DNA of 64,000 nt from Ruditapes philippinarum (taxonomy: Eukaryota), in assembly GCF_026571515.1 (NCBI RefSeq), contig NW_026866645.1, positions 1 through 64,000 of the forward strand. The letters are read 5' to 3'. The notes under the pieces were generated by a model. That model was not told the DNA's origin. It did no database searches and saw only the letters and a list, made by a program, of their open reading frames with translations. Within the stretch, counting starts at the first letter, position 1; each line of letters starts with the position of its first letter. Positions 28,701 through 41,753 of the stretch are shown here, piece by piece. The position numbers were made by a program, and so were the translations under genes.

Positions 28701-29345
28701 TATAGCATCCGGCTGGTTTTTCTTTTGTCATTACTTTTTTAAGCATTTCAATTTGCAGTAAAGACCAAAAGAGATTGGAGTAAACTGAAACATGATTGCG
28801 GTATTTCGCTGATAACAGAACACGTTGCCATATTAAAGTACATGACTTAACAAACACTTCTTTTGTCCAAAGGAAACAAAAGTGAAGCTAGGAAAAACAA
28901 ACAACCCATGGCAGAAAATGACCACCAGCAAACTTTTTCAAATAATGGATTGAAATGTAATTACAAAAACAATTTATAAAGGTTGGCGCTCAGCATGCAA
29001 CAAACAAAACAAAACACACACACAAAGAAAAAAATCAATATTAGTAATGACCTGAGCCAATGATTCGCTGTCATAAATTTGTGCATTTTCTTTTTCCTTA
29101 GCAAACCATTAAATATTTCAAAACCTTGACACACGACAACAGTATATAAAGAGCACATGGGTTCGTGTTAGCTAAGGCGTTAGCTGGGGGTAATAGTAAT
29201 TTTACGAAGAATGATATTTTACTGTTACTCACAAACATGTTAAGTATTTTTTATTACCCCGAAAAATACTGTGATGATATGAAAATTTCAACTCAATCTA
29301 ACTGTAAAAAAGTTGAACAAAGAGTAATTATTATAACTCAACTCT

Positions 29346-29743
29346 TGTCGTGAAATACACGATTATTTTGTTTATTTTATTATCAATGAATGAGCTATAT
29401 GTTATTGCTCCTCGTCTTTGTACATAATAACTTCCCGCCAAAAATAAGAAAGGCGGGAAAATTATACTTCTATGCTTTGCTCCACGCCACACTTTCTCAC
29501 TTTTTCTTGCTTTTCTTGTAATGTTATATTTTGGCGGTAAATTAGCCTACATAAACACGCCCTTTCACAGCATTTGTTAGATTCGGACATTACAGTCATT
29601 GGAATATACACGGTGTGTTATGTTTAGTTAAAATGAGAATTATAAAGTTTATAAAAGGTTAGAAATTAAAAATAAAGTGTTTATTGAAAAAGAAATAAAA
29701 AGTTTGTCTTCAATGTTGGTGTAAAACCTGAATCTCCACCACA
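29346..29743 (+). repeat. 5' LTR
   Basis: TGTCGTGAAA...CCACCACA. Differs from the 3' LTR by one substitution and two homopolymer-length differences (by eye). Contains TATAAA and AATAAA. Confidence 0.97.
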
Positions 29744-29750
29744 TTGAAAT

Positions 29751-29768
29751 TGGTCCTGCGAACCGGAT
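29751..29768 (+). promoter_or_regulatory. Primer binding site, tRNA-Tyr-like
   Basis: TGGTCCTGCGAACCGGAT, 7 nt after the LTR, close to the reverse complement of the eukaryotic tRNA-Tyr 3' end (TGGTCCTTCGAGCCGG). Confidence 0.8.
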
Positions 29769-30158
29769 GAGTGTTTTTGTGAAAAGTGTTTTAAAAAAAA
29801 GAGGGAATTTAAAAAAGTGTTTCGATGGAAAAAGGAAAATCAATTTTGGAAATATTTTCAACTTGTGTAAAGTTCTAAAAATCTAAAAATGTGATATTGT
29901 ATTTCCACGTGTGATTTTCTGTGATGAAATATGCATAATGAAGACATGTGTTCTGTACTTTACAGTTGAAATGTTTGTGAAAATATTTAATTTGAGTGTT
30001 TTTTTATAAATTCCTGCTTTGTAAGTAAAGTAGGCAATGAATAGCTAGGGAATTTTATTGCCACGTGGTGAGAATTAACAAGAAAAAAGTATATTTGTTC
30101 TGAAATAGTGTTATATGCATCATATTTTATTCAGCGAAATACGGCAGTGAAATAATTC

Positions 30159-33100
30159 ATGATGGGCGATACTAACTTGTCATATCTAAAAGGTGTTCGG
30201 ACACGATTTTACAATTTCTTAGATACAGAGATTGGAAATGGGGAGCAGCTATTGTCTGAATATTCAGATGTAATGCTTATAGATGCTGAGGAGCAAGCAG
30301 GATAGAAAATAGGATAGACGAATGCAAGAAAAAAGTCAATAATTACACGGAAAAACTTACTATTCAGTCTGAAAAAATTGCATTAGCTATTGGAGACAGT
30401 GATAGTGAATTCTTACAAGTAGTCATGGATAATGATTCAGCCTTACAGGACAAAGCAATGACTATAGTTTATAAACTTGAAAATGTTCAAAAAGATATGA
30501 AAGGCTTAATGTAGAATACAAACCACTAGAAAGTAAAGGAGCAGAAACTGTGGTACAGCATATGTGTGAGCTTCAATTGATACTACAACAGGAATTCTTT
30601 GAAAAACAACAAAGAAGAAATGAGGAGCAAATGGAAATAACAACAAAGGTTCTTTGAAGAACAACATGCTTTAAAACATAAAAGTACAAATACAGTGACA
30701 TTACCCAAATTGGACATGATCTCATTCAGTGGAAATCGCCTTCAATGGACGGAATTCTGGGATTCTTTTCGAAGTGCGATACATGAAAATGACAAGCTTT
30801 CTCCTATTGATAAATTTAATTATTTGAAAGGAAAAATAGTAGGTGAAGCTAGAAGTGCCATTGCTGGGCTGACATTATCAAATGAGAATTATGATATAGC
30901 TATTCATATTCTTCGTGAAAGATTCGGTGACCTCCAGGATATAATTGATTTACATTACAAAGGTATAGTGAATATCTTACCACCGAAGAATAATACAGAA
31001 GGATTAAGATTCTTTTTCGACAAGATTGAGCGTCATTTACGCAGCTTAGAAGTGATGAATGAAAATTTAGACCAACAAGTGTTTGTGTCTATGATTAGAA
31101 GCAAACTTCCCAGTGAAGTTCTTCTTCAACTTGAAATACAAAAGAGTGCTGGTACTAAATGGTGTATTAAAACGTTACGGGATTTGCTTCGTAAATACAT
31201 AGTTTCTAGGGAAAAATCTGACAAACCAAAATCTCTGAATGACTCGAGTCAGTATGTGAATAAACAAACAAATCCTCATACGAATAGACATACGAGCATG
31301 TCAAATCGTTATAAAAGCCAACCACAGACAAACTATTCTGAAGGAGCATTAGTTGCGAATGAGAAAAGGAAAGTTTTACTTCCATCAGCGACGATATGCA
31401 GATACTGTAGCAAAAAATCACTGGAGTGATGAATGCAATAGATACAAAAACTGTTGAAGAAAGAAAGTCAAAGTTAAAAGGATGCTGCTTTAGATGTTTA
31501 AGAGAAGGGCACACGTCTTCTGACTGTAGAAGTAGTAGAATATGTGTATACTGTGACAAATCAAATGTACATCATCGAAGTCTTTGCCCGAAAAGGTTTA
31601 AAGGAGCTGTAAGGAGAGAAACAGCTATTGTTCGAAAGAAACAATACAAGACAATATTGAAACAAACATACCCAAGCCAGATTATATAACTGGAGAAAAT
31701 GCAATGATATCTTCAGGAGAAATGGTTCTCATGCAGACAGCTAGGACAGAAATCTTGAATTCTCATAATAATAATCGAGCTGAAGTGCGACTCTTGTTAG
31801 ACTGTGGATCACAAAGAACATATATTACTGAAAAACTAGCAGAGAAACTAAAGTTAAAAAAGGAAAAGATAGAAGAAATTAAGTTGGTGACCTTTTGGTA
31901 GCAAAGATGTAAATACAGTTCACACACATTCGACAACGTTTACAGCTAAAATTAAAGAATGGAGAACATATGAGTATAAGTGCAAAAATTGTTCCTGTCA
32001 TAAGTGGAACTATTCAAAGGAGACAAATAAACGTTCTAGGAAAAGATGGCATCAAGGACATAATTCATAGTGTAGACCTAGCAGACAATATTCCAAAGGA
32101 AAATGAATTTTCAAGTGTTGAGTTATTAATAGGAAACGACTTCTATCTTGATATTGTTCTCCCACAAAGAATAGAAATTCAATCTGGATTATATCTACTT
32201 GCATCCAAGTTAGGTTAGGTCATGGAAGGTTTCAAAGATACTTTGAAATTTGAAAACGGAAGATATTATGTCACCTGGCCGTGGAGAGAAGAGAGAAAGG
32301 AATTGTTGCCAGTTAATAAAGAATTGTCATTCGGACAGTTAAAATCGTGTGTAAAAAGGTTAAGAAACACACCAGGAACTGTTGGAGAAATATGATTCTA
32401 TTATTCAGGAACAATTAAGTAAAGGTATTATAGAAGAAGTGAATGATACCAAAGGTGATTTGATACATTATATACCACATCATGCAGTGATAAATCCACA
32501 AAAATCAACAAAGGTACGAGTAGTATATGATGCTTCATCAAAATGTAAACCAGAATATAGCAGTTTAAACGAATGTTTACATCGAGGACCGGTGATGCTT
32601 CATGATTTATGTGGACTTTTGATGAGATTCCGCCTACACAAAATAGCTATTATAGCAGACATCGAAAAGGCATTTTTACAAATAGGTTTGCAAGAAAGTG
32701 AACGTGACAAGTTTTCTGTGGTTAAAATCATGTGAATAACCAAGTACTGACTTGAAAAATATTCAAGAATTTAGGTTTTGTCGAGTTCCGTTTGGCGTGA
32801 TCTCGAGCCCATTTCTACTAAACCAAGTGGAGAGTCATTTAGAAAAATATGATACAGAAGTAGCTAACAAGATAAAAAATGACATCTATGTTGACAACGT
32901 TGTGACAGGAGTAAAAACAGAAACTGAAGCTATTGAACTATATTTGAAATCTAAACAAATATTCCAGGATGCCTTCACGAATCTTAGAGAATGGCTTACA
33001 AACAGTGATAAAGTAAATTCTTCAATAGCAAAAGAAGACGGAACTGAAATGAAAAGATACTGGTGTCCTTGGTCATACTTGGAATCCTAAGTCTGATACA

Positions 33101-35660
33101 CTTTCAATAAGACAGCCTAGGATACAAAGTGAAAATAATTTGACAAAAAGATTTGTTCTCAAGGTGATTGCATCAGTTTTTGATCCGTTGGGAATGCTTT
33201 CACCTGTATTGCTTAAAGGTAAATTATTGTTACCAAAACCTCTGGAAACAAAACTCTCATGGGATGATGTGATAAAAGATGAAAAATTTAAAGAGGCGTG
33301 GTCAGATGTCAGATTAGACATATGCAAAATCTCAGAGTGTTCATTTCCAAGGTGTCTATCAATGGAAAGAAATGAAAACATTACCTACAATTTACTGTGC
33401 TTTTGTGATGCATCAACGAAGTCGTACGCTACTACTATCTATCTCCATCAGAAATGTGGTAGTGAAGTGAAAGTCGACCTCGTGTTTGCAAAAACACGAC
33501 TAGCACCTGTTAAAACAATGACATTGCCTCGATTAGAATTGATGGGGTGTTTTGACAGGTGTAAGGTGTTTGAAATTTGTAGAGGAGCAATTAAAATTGG
33601 AGATTGAAGGATCATATATTTGGACGGATTCACAATGTGTGATAGGATGGTTACAAACAACTAAAAAGTTACCTGTGTTTGTGAGTAATCGAATCAGAGA
33701 AATAAAATCATATGTTACAACAAAGATAAGTTACGTAAAATCAAAAGAAAATCCAGCAGATGTTGCAACAAGAGGAGCAACAATACATGACTTACGCAAT
33801 AACAAATTTTGGTGGAATGGTCCTCATTGGCTTACAGAATATTTCGAATTGTCCTCCGAAACAGCGAAGAATTTAATTGAAGATTCAAGTACAGTTACTG
33901 AGAGCACAAATGTCGTGGAAAGAAACTCCGAAAACTTTGAAACTGAATTTCTTGATGAAGAAAATCTGTCGATTGCATGTACAATTAATGATCATGACAA
34001 TATTTGTGCTCCATTTGGGATGGACAGTACCAAGTTTTCTTCTGTTGACAAATTGATTCGTACTACTGCTCTTGCCTCACGATTCATTAAGAAAATTAAA
34101 AAGCAAAAGTGTGAAAACCAGTCGTTAACATCTCAGGAATTGGAAACATCGGAAAATATGTGGATCCTATACCTACAACGAAAAAATTTCAGTGAAACTA
34201 TCTGCGGTATATATAATCAGAAAACAACTACCCTACAAAGACAGTTAGGTCTGTTTATTGATCCTAAAAGAATCTTGAGGAGCAAGGGAAGACTTGAAAA
34301 TGCAGGAATAACTGAAGGAGCGAAACAACCGATCTTGCTTCCGCGTAATGAGTGGTTTACCTATCTGATAATAGAAAAGGTACACAAACAAAATTGTCAT
34401 TGAGGAGTTTCTCAAACACTTTCGAAAATTCGATATAAATTTTGGATTCCTAAAGGACGTTCAGTTGTTAAATCAGTGTTAGGTAGGTGTTCGACCTGCC
34501 GTTATTTTGAAGGCGGGCCATATAAGATGCCTGCATTTGCGCCTTTGCCACCTTCCAGAGTTCAGGAAGCACTTCTTTTCTCAAGAGTTGGACTTGACTA
34601 TTTTGGTCCACTGTCGATTAAAACAAAAGACGGACCCAAGAGAGTATTGGTGTGCCTTTTTACGTGTCTCCTTATCAGAGCTATTCATTTGGAGCTTGTA
34701 CAAGAAATGTCTACGGAGGAATTCTTACTAGGATTCAAACGATTTATATCTCAAAGAGGAACACCTGCAGAAATTATTAGCGATAATGCCTCTCAATTCA
34801 AGGCAGCAAGTCAAACAATAAATAGTATATGGCGAAATGTGTGCCAAAGTCATGAAGTGCAATCTTACGTAGCCAATACTAGAATCAAATGGAAATTTAT
34901 TGTGGAATTAGCTCCGTGGATGGGAGGAGCATACGAAAGATTAGTTGGAATCGTAAAACGATCTCTTCGTAAATCTCTAGGACATAAATTCCTGACCTTA
35001 GTACAAATGCAAACATTGTTGAAAGAAGTAGAGGCAACAGTGAGATCAAGGCCGCTTGTATATGTCACCGACGACATTAACTCGAATATTACACTTACAC
35101 CTAACCATTTTTTGAGCCTTAACCCTAACTTGGGCATTCCAGAAATGGAGACAAAAAAAACAAAGACAGTGATTATTCACCTAGTGAGTGCACAAGTGAT
35201 AAATTACTAGCAATGTGGAAAAAGGGACAAAATATTTTAAATGAGTTTTGGAGAATTTGGAGAGATGAGTATTTGATTAGTCTTCGTGAACGGATGCAGT
35301 CAGAACCGAAGTCAAAGAAAATACAATCCCATTATAGTGCTCAAAATGGAGATGTAGTTCTTATTAAAGACAATTTGCCACGCGGTGTTTGGAAAATGGG
35401 ACGTATCTGTGAGTTACCTCAAAGTCGGGATGGGCAGATCAGATCAGCAAAAGTAAAAATAGCATCAGGAAAAGTTCTTGGCAGACCTTTGAATTTGCTA
35501 TATCCGATTGAATGTAATAGTAAGAGATTTGCCGAAATTGATAAATGATCAAATTCGATCTTCACCTATTCAGTCGAAAGAGGAGCAAAGTTATCGCGCA
35601 GTTCGTAAAGCTGCAGCTCGTGCAAAGCAAAAGTATTAAGGAGATGATTACAAATGAATA
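30159..35660 (+). pseudogene. Disrupted BEL/Pao gag-pol polyprotein
   Basis: Gag (LPKLDMISFSGN..WTEFWDSF, three Zn knuckles), protease LLDCGSQRTY, RT ADIEKAFLQI/YVDN, RNase H FCDAS/WTDS/NPAD, integrase GLDYFGP/SDNASQF/YERLVG, C-terminal FWRIWRDEYL..RPLNLLYPIE. Split over about 10 ORF fragments. Confidence 0.95.
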
Positions 35661-36764
35661 ATGATTCCTGAAGTGTTCTCTAATGAACAGTACATTGACA
35701 ACAATTTATTTGCGTGCTAATGTGTCCTGATTTATAAATTCTTGACAGTTTTGGATTTAAAGTGATTATTGAACTGTTCTCTGGTGTATAATTTAATGTT
35801 TTTATGTGTGTGTTTTATGTGTCCTGTGATGTAAATTGTGCTAAATATAAAGGCTTACATATGATATGATGATCTATCTATTCTTCAAAAAGTGATGAAA
35901 GTGTCCAAATAAATTAGTGATTCCAGTGGCGATTATAGTGATGATATTGTTTCAAGTAAAAGTAATAAAGAAGATAATGATAAAAGTGCTGTTAAAGAAA
36001 GTGATAAAAAAGAAAGTGAAGTGATTGATAAAAAGGTGATGCAAATGATGATGACTGTGAATCAAATAGTGATTCAAGTAATATTGACAGAGATTCAAAA
36101 AGTGATTCAAGAAGTGATGAATTAAATAATTGTGATGGTCATAAAATTAAAGAGGATTGGAAAGCTGTAAAAGAAAAGAGGTAGAAGTAAAGTATAAAAG
36201 TGACATAGAGAGTGAATATGAATTTGTATTTAATGCAGATGATTAGATGGATGAAATTTATAACACTTTCTATTCAAGTATTCCTAGCGACGAGGAAGTT
36301 ACTGGTGAAACCTGTTATAATATGAAAAGAAATGAAAAAAGAAAAGATGAGAAAAATTATGAAGATGACAAAAAACAATGCACAAAAACAGATACATTTG
36401 AATATGAGGAAGAAATGGATGAGGTAGAAAGTGAGACAGAAGTGCAAATTGGAAGAAGATGAAAATGATAGTAGAACAGCTGAAACAGGAAGTACAAGCG
36501 CCACAGAAGAAATTAGTGTGACAAACGATGATGATGTTGAAATTTTTAAATGTTGACATACCAGAAAACATAAGAAGAGTAAGAGTCATAAACATCAGTA
36601 ATAGCTGAAGTAGTGTATACCTATAGAGGAGATGAACTAATACATACTGAACAGTATATGACTAATGATAGTTGGTTGTACACAGAATAGTAAATAGACT
36701 GATATAATTTATGTTTTACTTAGTTGTTACCGATCTTTTGTTACCTTAGCCTCCTTGCTGGGAG

Positions 36765-37162
36765 TGTCGTGAAATACACGATTATTTTGTTTATTTTATT
36801 ATCAATGAATGAGCTATATGTTATTGCTCCTCGTCTTTGTACATAATAACTTCCCGCCAAAAATAAGAAAGGCGGGAAAATTATACTTCTATGCTTTGCT
36901 CCACGCCACACTTTCTCACTTTTCTTGCTTTTCTTGTAATGTTATATTTTGGCGGTAAATTAGCCTACATAAACACGCCCTTTCACAGCATTTGTTAGAT
37001 TCGGACATTACAGTCATTGGAATATACACGGTGTGTTATGTTTAGTTGAAATGAGAATTATAAAGTTTATAAAAGGTTAGAAATTAAAAATAAAGTGTTT
37101 ATTGAAAAAGAAATAAAAAAGTTTGTCTTCAATGTTGGTGTAAAACCTGAATCTCCACCACA
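36765..37162 (+). repeat. 3' LTR
   Basis: Direct repeat of 29346-29743. Confidence 0.97.
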
Positions 37163-37186
37163 ATTTCCTACTTTACCTTGCAAGAT

Positions 37187-37473
37187 AGGGGGCGTCAGTG
37201 GCCGAGTGGTTAAGGTCGTTGACTTGAAACCACTTGCCCCCTCACCGCTGTGGGTCGCGAATTCCGATAGGGACTTTGGATTCTTTCATGTGAGGAAGCT
37301 ATTAAGCTAGCTTACGGAACGTCGGTGGTTCTACTCAGGTGCCCCCGTTCGTGCCTGAAATAATGTACATGGAAGGACACCTGGGGTCTTCCTCCACCAG
37401 TAAAAGCTGGAAAACGTCGCGATATGACCTATTTACTGTGTCGATGTGACGTAAAACCCCAAAACAAACAAAA
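37187..37473 (+). mobile_element. Full-length tRNA-derived SINE
   Basis: A box TGGCCGAGTGG, degenerate B box, core GTCGGTGGTTCTACTCAGGTG...CTTCCTCCACCA (resembles bivalve V-type SINEs; inference), (CAAA)n tail, 12-bp TSD ACCTTGCAAGAT at 37175-37186 and 37474-37485. Confidence 0.92.
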
Positions 37474-39876
37474 ACCTTGCAAGATGTAGTACTTAAGGAC
37501 ATATTTTTTCTTTTATTCTTTAAGCAACTGATGATATCTACCAGTAATAAACACACAATAAGCTGTGTCTCATTTGCAAATCCAAACACAAACCCATTCA
37601 TACGGCTATGATCTATGAAATCTGATACTTCTATATTCAGAATATTCTTCACACGGTTTTTGACAATTTGCTTTTACAAAATTGCGATGCTACCCTACAT
37701 CTGTCATGTTTTGCTTATTGGATTCGTTCAAGAAACATTTGCAGCATGCTTAAATCGTATGCTTGTTCCATTTTGATATAATATTAATCCCATGCAATAA
37801 CGAAGAGATCGGATTGTTTATTTTTTTAATATTAAACCAAAAGATATTTAAAACGCGGAAAGCACTCTAAGTGCAAACAACTGCTCATCTTTCATAGTCA
37901 CTGTTGATACCCTTTCATGATGCACATCGGAAAAATAAGCGGTCATGTTATTGTTGTTTTTTTTTAGAAAATAAACCTATGTACATAAAAGTACAAATTC
38001 CTTAGTCACGTTGTACAATTTTTATTAACAGTATAATAATTGTTAGGGGCCTATGGGAAATTGACATTTCAAAAATAGAGAGGGGTTTTATTATATTTTA
38101 CAATGATGTATGGATATCGTATGCTATTTTACATGAAATTTTGTAGAACAACTAATTAATTGCTAAAACATAAACACCTGAACGTAAATGTTTTTCATTC
38201 TAATATCTCTGAAACTTGAGACAAGAGTACAGTTAGAAAACATTAATTAATGATTATTAAATTAAGTTGAAACGTAGAAAATCATCACATAGACAGAAGA
38301 AACATAAACGGTTACTGTTAAGTATGTTCATCTTATTCAAATAAACCTCGAGATCTATGTAAGATATCTAATTCATGACTTGTTGCATGTCAAGAAAAAA
38401 AGGGTGATGTTTTACTAATTAAAGACAAAATGATGAGGAAGTTAATATAATGTTTCTACAACAAGTAAGCGTATTTCTGTCACAATGACAGACGGGTAAT
38501 AGCAAATAACATTAAAATTTAAACTACAAATATGCATAAACATATGAATATATTGTTTTATATATAATCAGAATCCTTTTAAGCAGATTGTGCTTTACTT
38601 TTATAAATGGAAATTTAGACAGTGTTTTTATTTATCTTAGAAATGAAATATAAAGTAAACTTATACGTTATTCTTGGATCTTAACACTAAAAGTGCATTT
38701 AATTTGTCAAAATAGATCAATCCTTTCCGTTTGTAATGGTATTGAAAGCATTTTCGAAAACTTAAAGTGCAATTAATGACTAAAACGCAAATTTTAGAAC
38801 ATAAAAGGGGGTCTAATAATTTACTAACTTAAAGTGCATTTTACGACATACCAGTCAATTTGTAGATGTAACGACAGGAATCAAAGTAGACAAGAAAAAT
38901 CATTCTTAATAAAGTCTGTAGGAATAAAAAATATTTGTCTGAACATTAATTAATTAGCAAAATATTGCATTAAAATTGTACCTTATCAGCAAAATCCTTC
39001 AAAGTTAAACAATTAAAATTAGAGGAAGATTTTATGTAACAATTAGGCTAACAAATTGCCGTTTGGAGAAACGCTCCTAAAGTTGGCTTAGCCAGGATTT
39101 AAATATATAACAATGCAAGTACAATTTAGTGGTCTTGTGAGGTAAAGGAGTAAACAGTGCTTAATAAGTAAAAAATTTATAAAATTTGAGAAAGACGGGA
39201 AACCCCCAAAAAAAAGCCAAAAGACAAAATTGGGAAAAAGTTGGCAGGTTTGCTTTTATTGGGGGGTTTCCCTGGACGGTACTGGGCCAAATGCAAAATT
39301 TCAATTTTAAATTCCCAAATATTTAAAAACCCAACAATTTAAATTTTAATCAAACAAAAATTTTCCCTTTGGAAAAAGATTTCAGGGGATAAAGGGTAAA
39401 ATTTAAAGTAATCAAGGGAAAAACGGTTTTAGTAAATTAGAAGCTAAAAAGTCCCTTCAAAGAAAATATTTTTTGGCTTTCTATTGTGCTAAATTTTAAG
39501 GGAAAAAAAAAGAAATAATTTAAAGTAGTCCTTATTTTAAAATTCCAAAAGTAAAAAATCGTTCAAAGAAATTTTTTGTTTTTGTAAAATTTTGTTCAGT
39601 GGGGTTTGGGTACAATTTCGCTACAAGAGTTGTGCTTCTTAACTTGTGACCATTAAACTTAAATGATTTTGCGAATAAAAAATTATGAGGTTATATAAGT
39701 TATCTGTGATATTTGATCGTAAATTCCTTTTCTGAATAATCAATTGATAATTTCCAAGAAATGTTGTGAAGTCATAGTTAAATTACCCTTGTGATCAGTG
39801 ATCAGTATGTAATATTCAGTTTCATATCCGTTTGTAAAGTAAGTGCTTAGTAGTAGTGTTTAAATTGTTTAAAATA

Positions 39877-40886
39877 ACAATCAATAATTCCGATTGAACG
39901 ACACCATGCATATACGACAATAGAATCGGGAAACTAATGAACCACCTTATAAGATCCTCCATGGACAGAAAGTTTGAATTTAATCACGTTTGGATTTTAA
40001 ATCATATCTCAATTTATTTAGAATACTTTAAAACATATTAATTTAGTTGTTTAATTAAGTAACACACTTTTATGATCAATCGCCGTATAAGAACAACCCA
40101 ATGTTGTAAAGGTGCCCGGCTTACATATCCAACCATGATGTTGAAGGTCAAAATATAGTACTTAACCCGCCCAAAATAAGAAAATTTGCTGATGAAAAAT
40201 AAAACAAATAAGTAATAACAATGTTATTATATTATTAAGTGACCTAAACAAATTTTGACATGACAATGACAAAAGGCAGAAATAAAACTTTTTCACGTTT
40301 TTTTTTTTAACATAACCACTGGCGTCCGCGCCGAAGCGCGGCGCCCTTTATGGAATGAAATCAGATTTTGTGAAAGGGCGACAGCAACTTCACGAGCCTT
40401 TTAGTCGGTCATAATAAAAGCCGATCACTCCGATCGGTATGAGGGTTCTTGATTATTATTAATTAAAAATGAAATGTCGCGATATGTACAATGAATAGCG
40501 AACTGGAGAATTTCGCAATGCAAACATTTTTAAATGAAAAAACCTTCTCCGTCTCTCCGGTTTTTTTATTTATCATTTTGTAGTACACAGTGGGTTATTA
40601 TGGTATGTTAAAATAGAATGATGAGTTGATGACCTAAATTTTACATTCTGAAAATCTATTTATAGAGGGATGTACTCCTATCGGTAATTCGTCTATTTTG
40701 ACCGGGATTTACTAATGACCGGCGAATAGTATCACAAGTCTCTCCCGGTTTTGGAGTAGATGTTTGATATTGTTACAGAACAGAACAAATATTTAAATAT
40801 TTACAGATAAATAAGTTTTTTTTCCAAAATGAATGTTTGTCACTTAGTTTGGTTACAATAATTAATAAACATAGATCAACTCTTAA
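39877..40886 (+). repeat. Local duplication block A, copy 1
   Basis: ~1 kb, nearly identical to 41754-42759. Confidence 0.92.
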
Positions 40887-41751
40887 ATAAACATGTCAGT
40901 GCTCTTCCTTGTCCATACATCATTATTACATATCAATTTATCTGATAGAAATATTTCGAGACATGAAAAAAACATTCCATATCTTTAATAAGAAATTAAC
41001 GTTTGGCACGTAATATTCTACATTTCGTGATATCAAAACATACCAGTTCCGTTAATCTTAATTATAAGACAAATCAATTTCCCGTATGCAAATAGTGAAA
41101 TGTTAACATGTCTGTCTTTAATACTTGATATACCCGGCCAATATATATTTATTTTCTAAAATGTAGACATATAAAAATTTAAATTGAACATTGACATTAC
41201 ATCTCATCAATTGTAAATTTTAGAAGTTCATGTTAGAAACATTGGATTCCTGACTGGAAATATTTGGAGATTTGTATACCATTAAATATAGGTCTGAATA
41301 AATATTTGTATGCATGTTTTCAGATCATTTGATCTATCTCTTTACATTAAATTAAAAGGTGTTGTACGAAAAACAGAAATTTACATACACAATTATTTAA
41401 TTGTATAACATGTGAGGTTCAATTACGCGTAAAATGTCTGCGAAGGACTAGCCATCTGTGCAATGCATACCTTAGGAAGAGCTGAACAATAATGCTACCT
41501 AGACAAATGTCTTTTTAGTTCTGTGCAATTGATGAAATTAAAAGGGGAATCGTTACGACACGGAAAGTCCATTAGACTCGTACTTGTTGTACTAATTTTA
41601 TACTGCGACAGGACGGGTACGATAGAGTCAATGTCGTAATGTGCCAGAAATCCGACACCAAGTGTCTTATTAATATTTTGCCAGTGTTGCTCGTAATGGT
41701 TTATCATAATGCCTTGAAGATTATTAATCATATCCCGATTAAAAGATATAA
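40887..41751 (+). repeat. Local duplication block B, copy 1
   Basis: Direct match to ~45225-46108. Confidence 0.9.
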
Positions 41752-41753
41752 AT

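Larger units (their letters stand above)
29346..37162 (+). mobile_element. BEL/Pao LTR retrotransposon with both LTRs, coding-defective
   Basis: Two 398-bp TG...CA LTRs, PBS, short purine tract (GGGAG) before the 3' LTR, and gag-PR-RT-RH-IN order with BEL-type motifs. Confidence 0.97.

Noticed and set aside
31206-35137. Antisense ORFs within the BEL element, GPCR and P450 exons, and most 60-120 aa ORFs in the track
   Set aside because: Shadows of real coding frames or chance ORFs in AT-rich DNA, often with non-ATG starts and no motifs.
35800-36690. Retroviral env gene
   Set aside because: No signal peptide, fusion peptide or transmembrane segment; composition is acidic and low-complexity.
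37187-37270. tRNA gene
   Set aside because: Pol III boxes are followed by a SINE body, tail and TSD, and a second dispersed copy exists; no clean cloverleaf.
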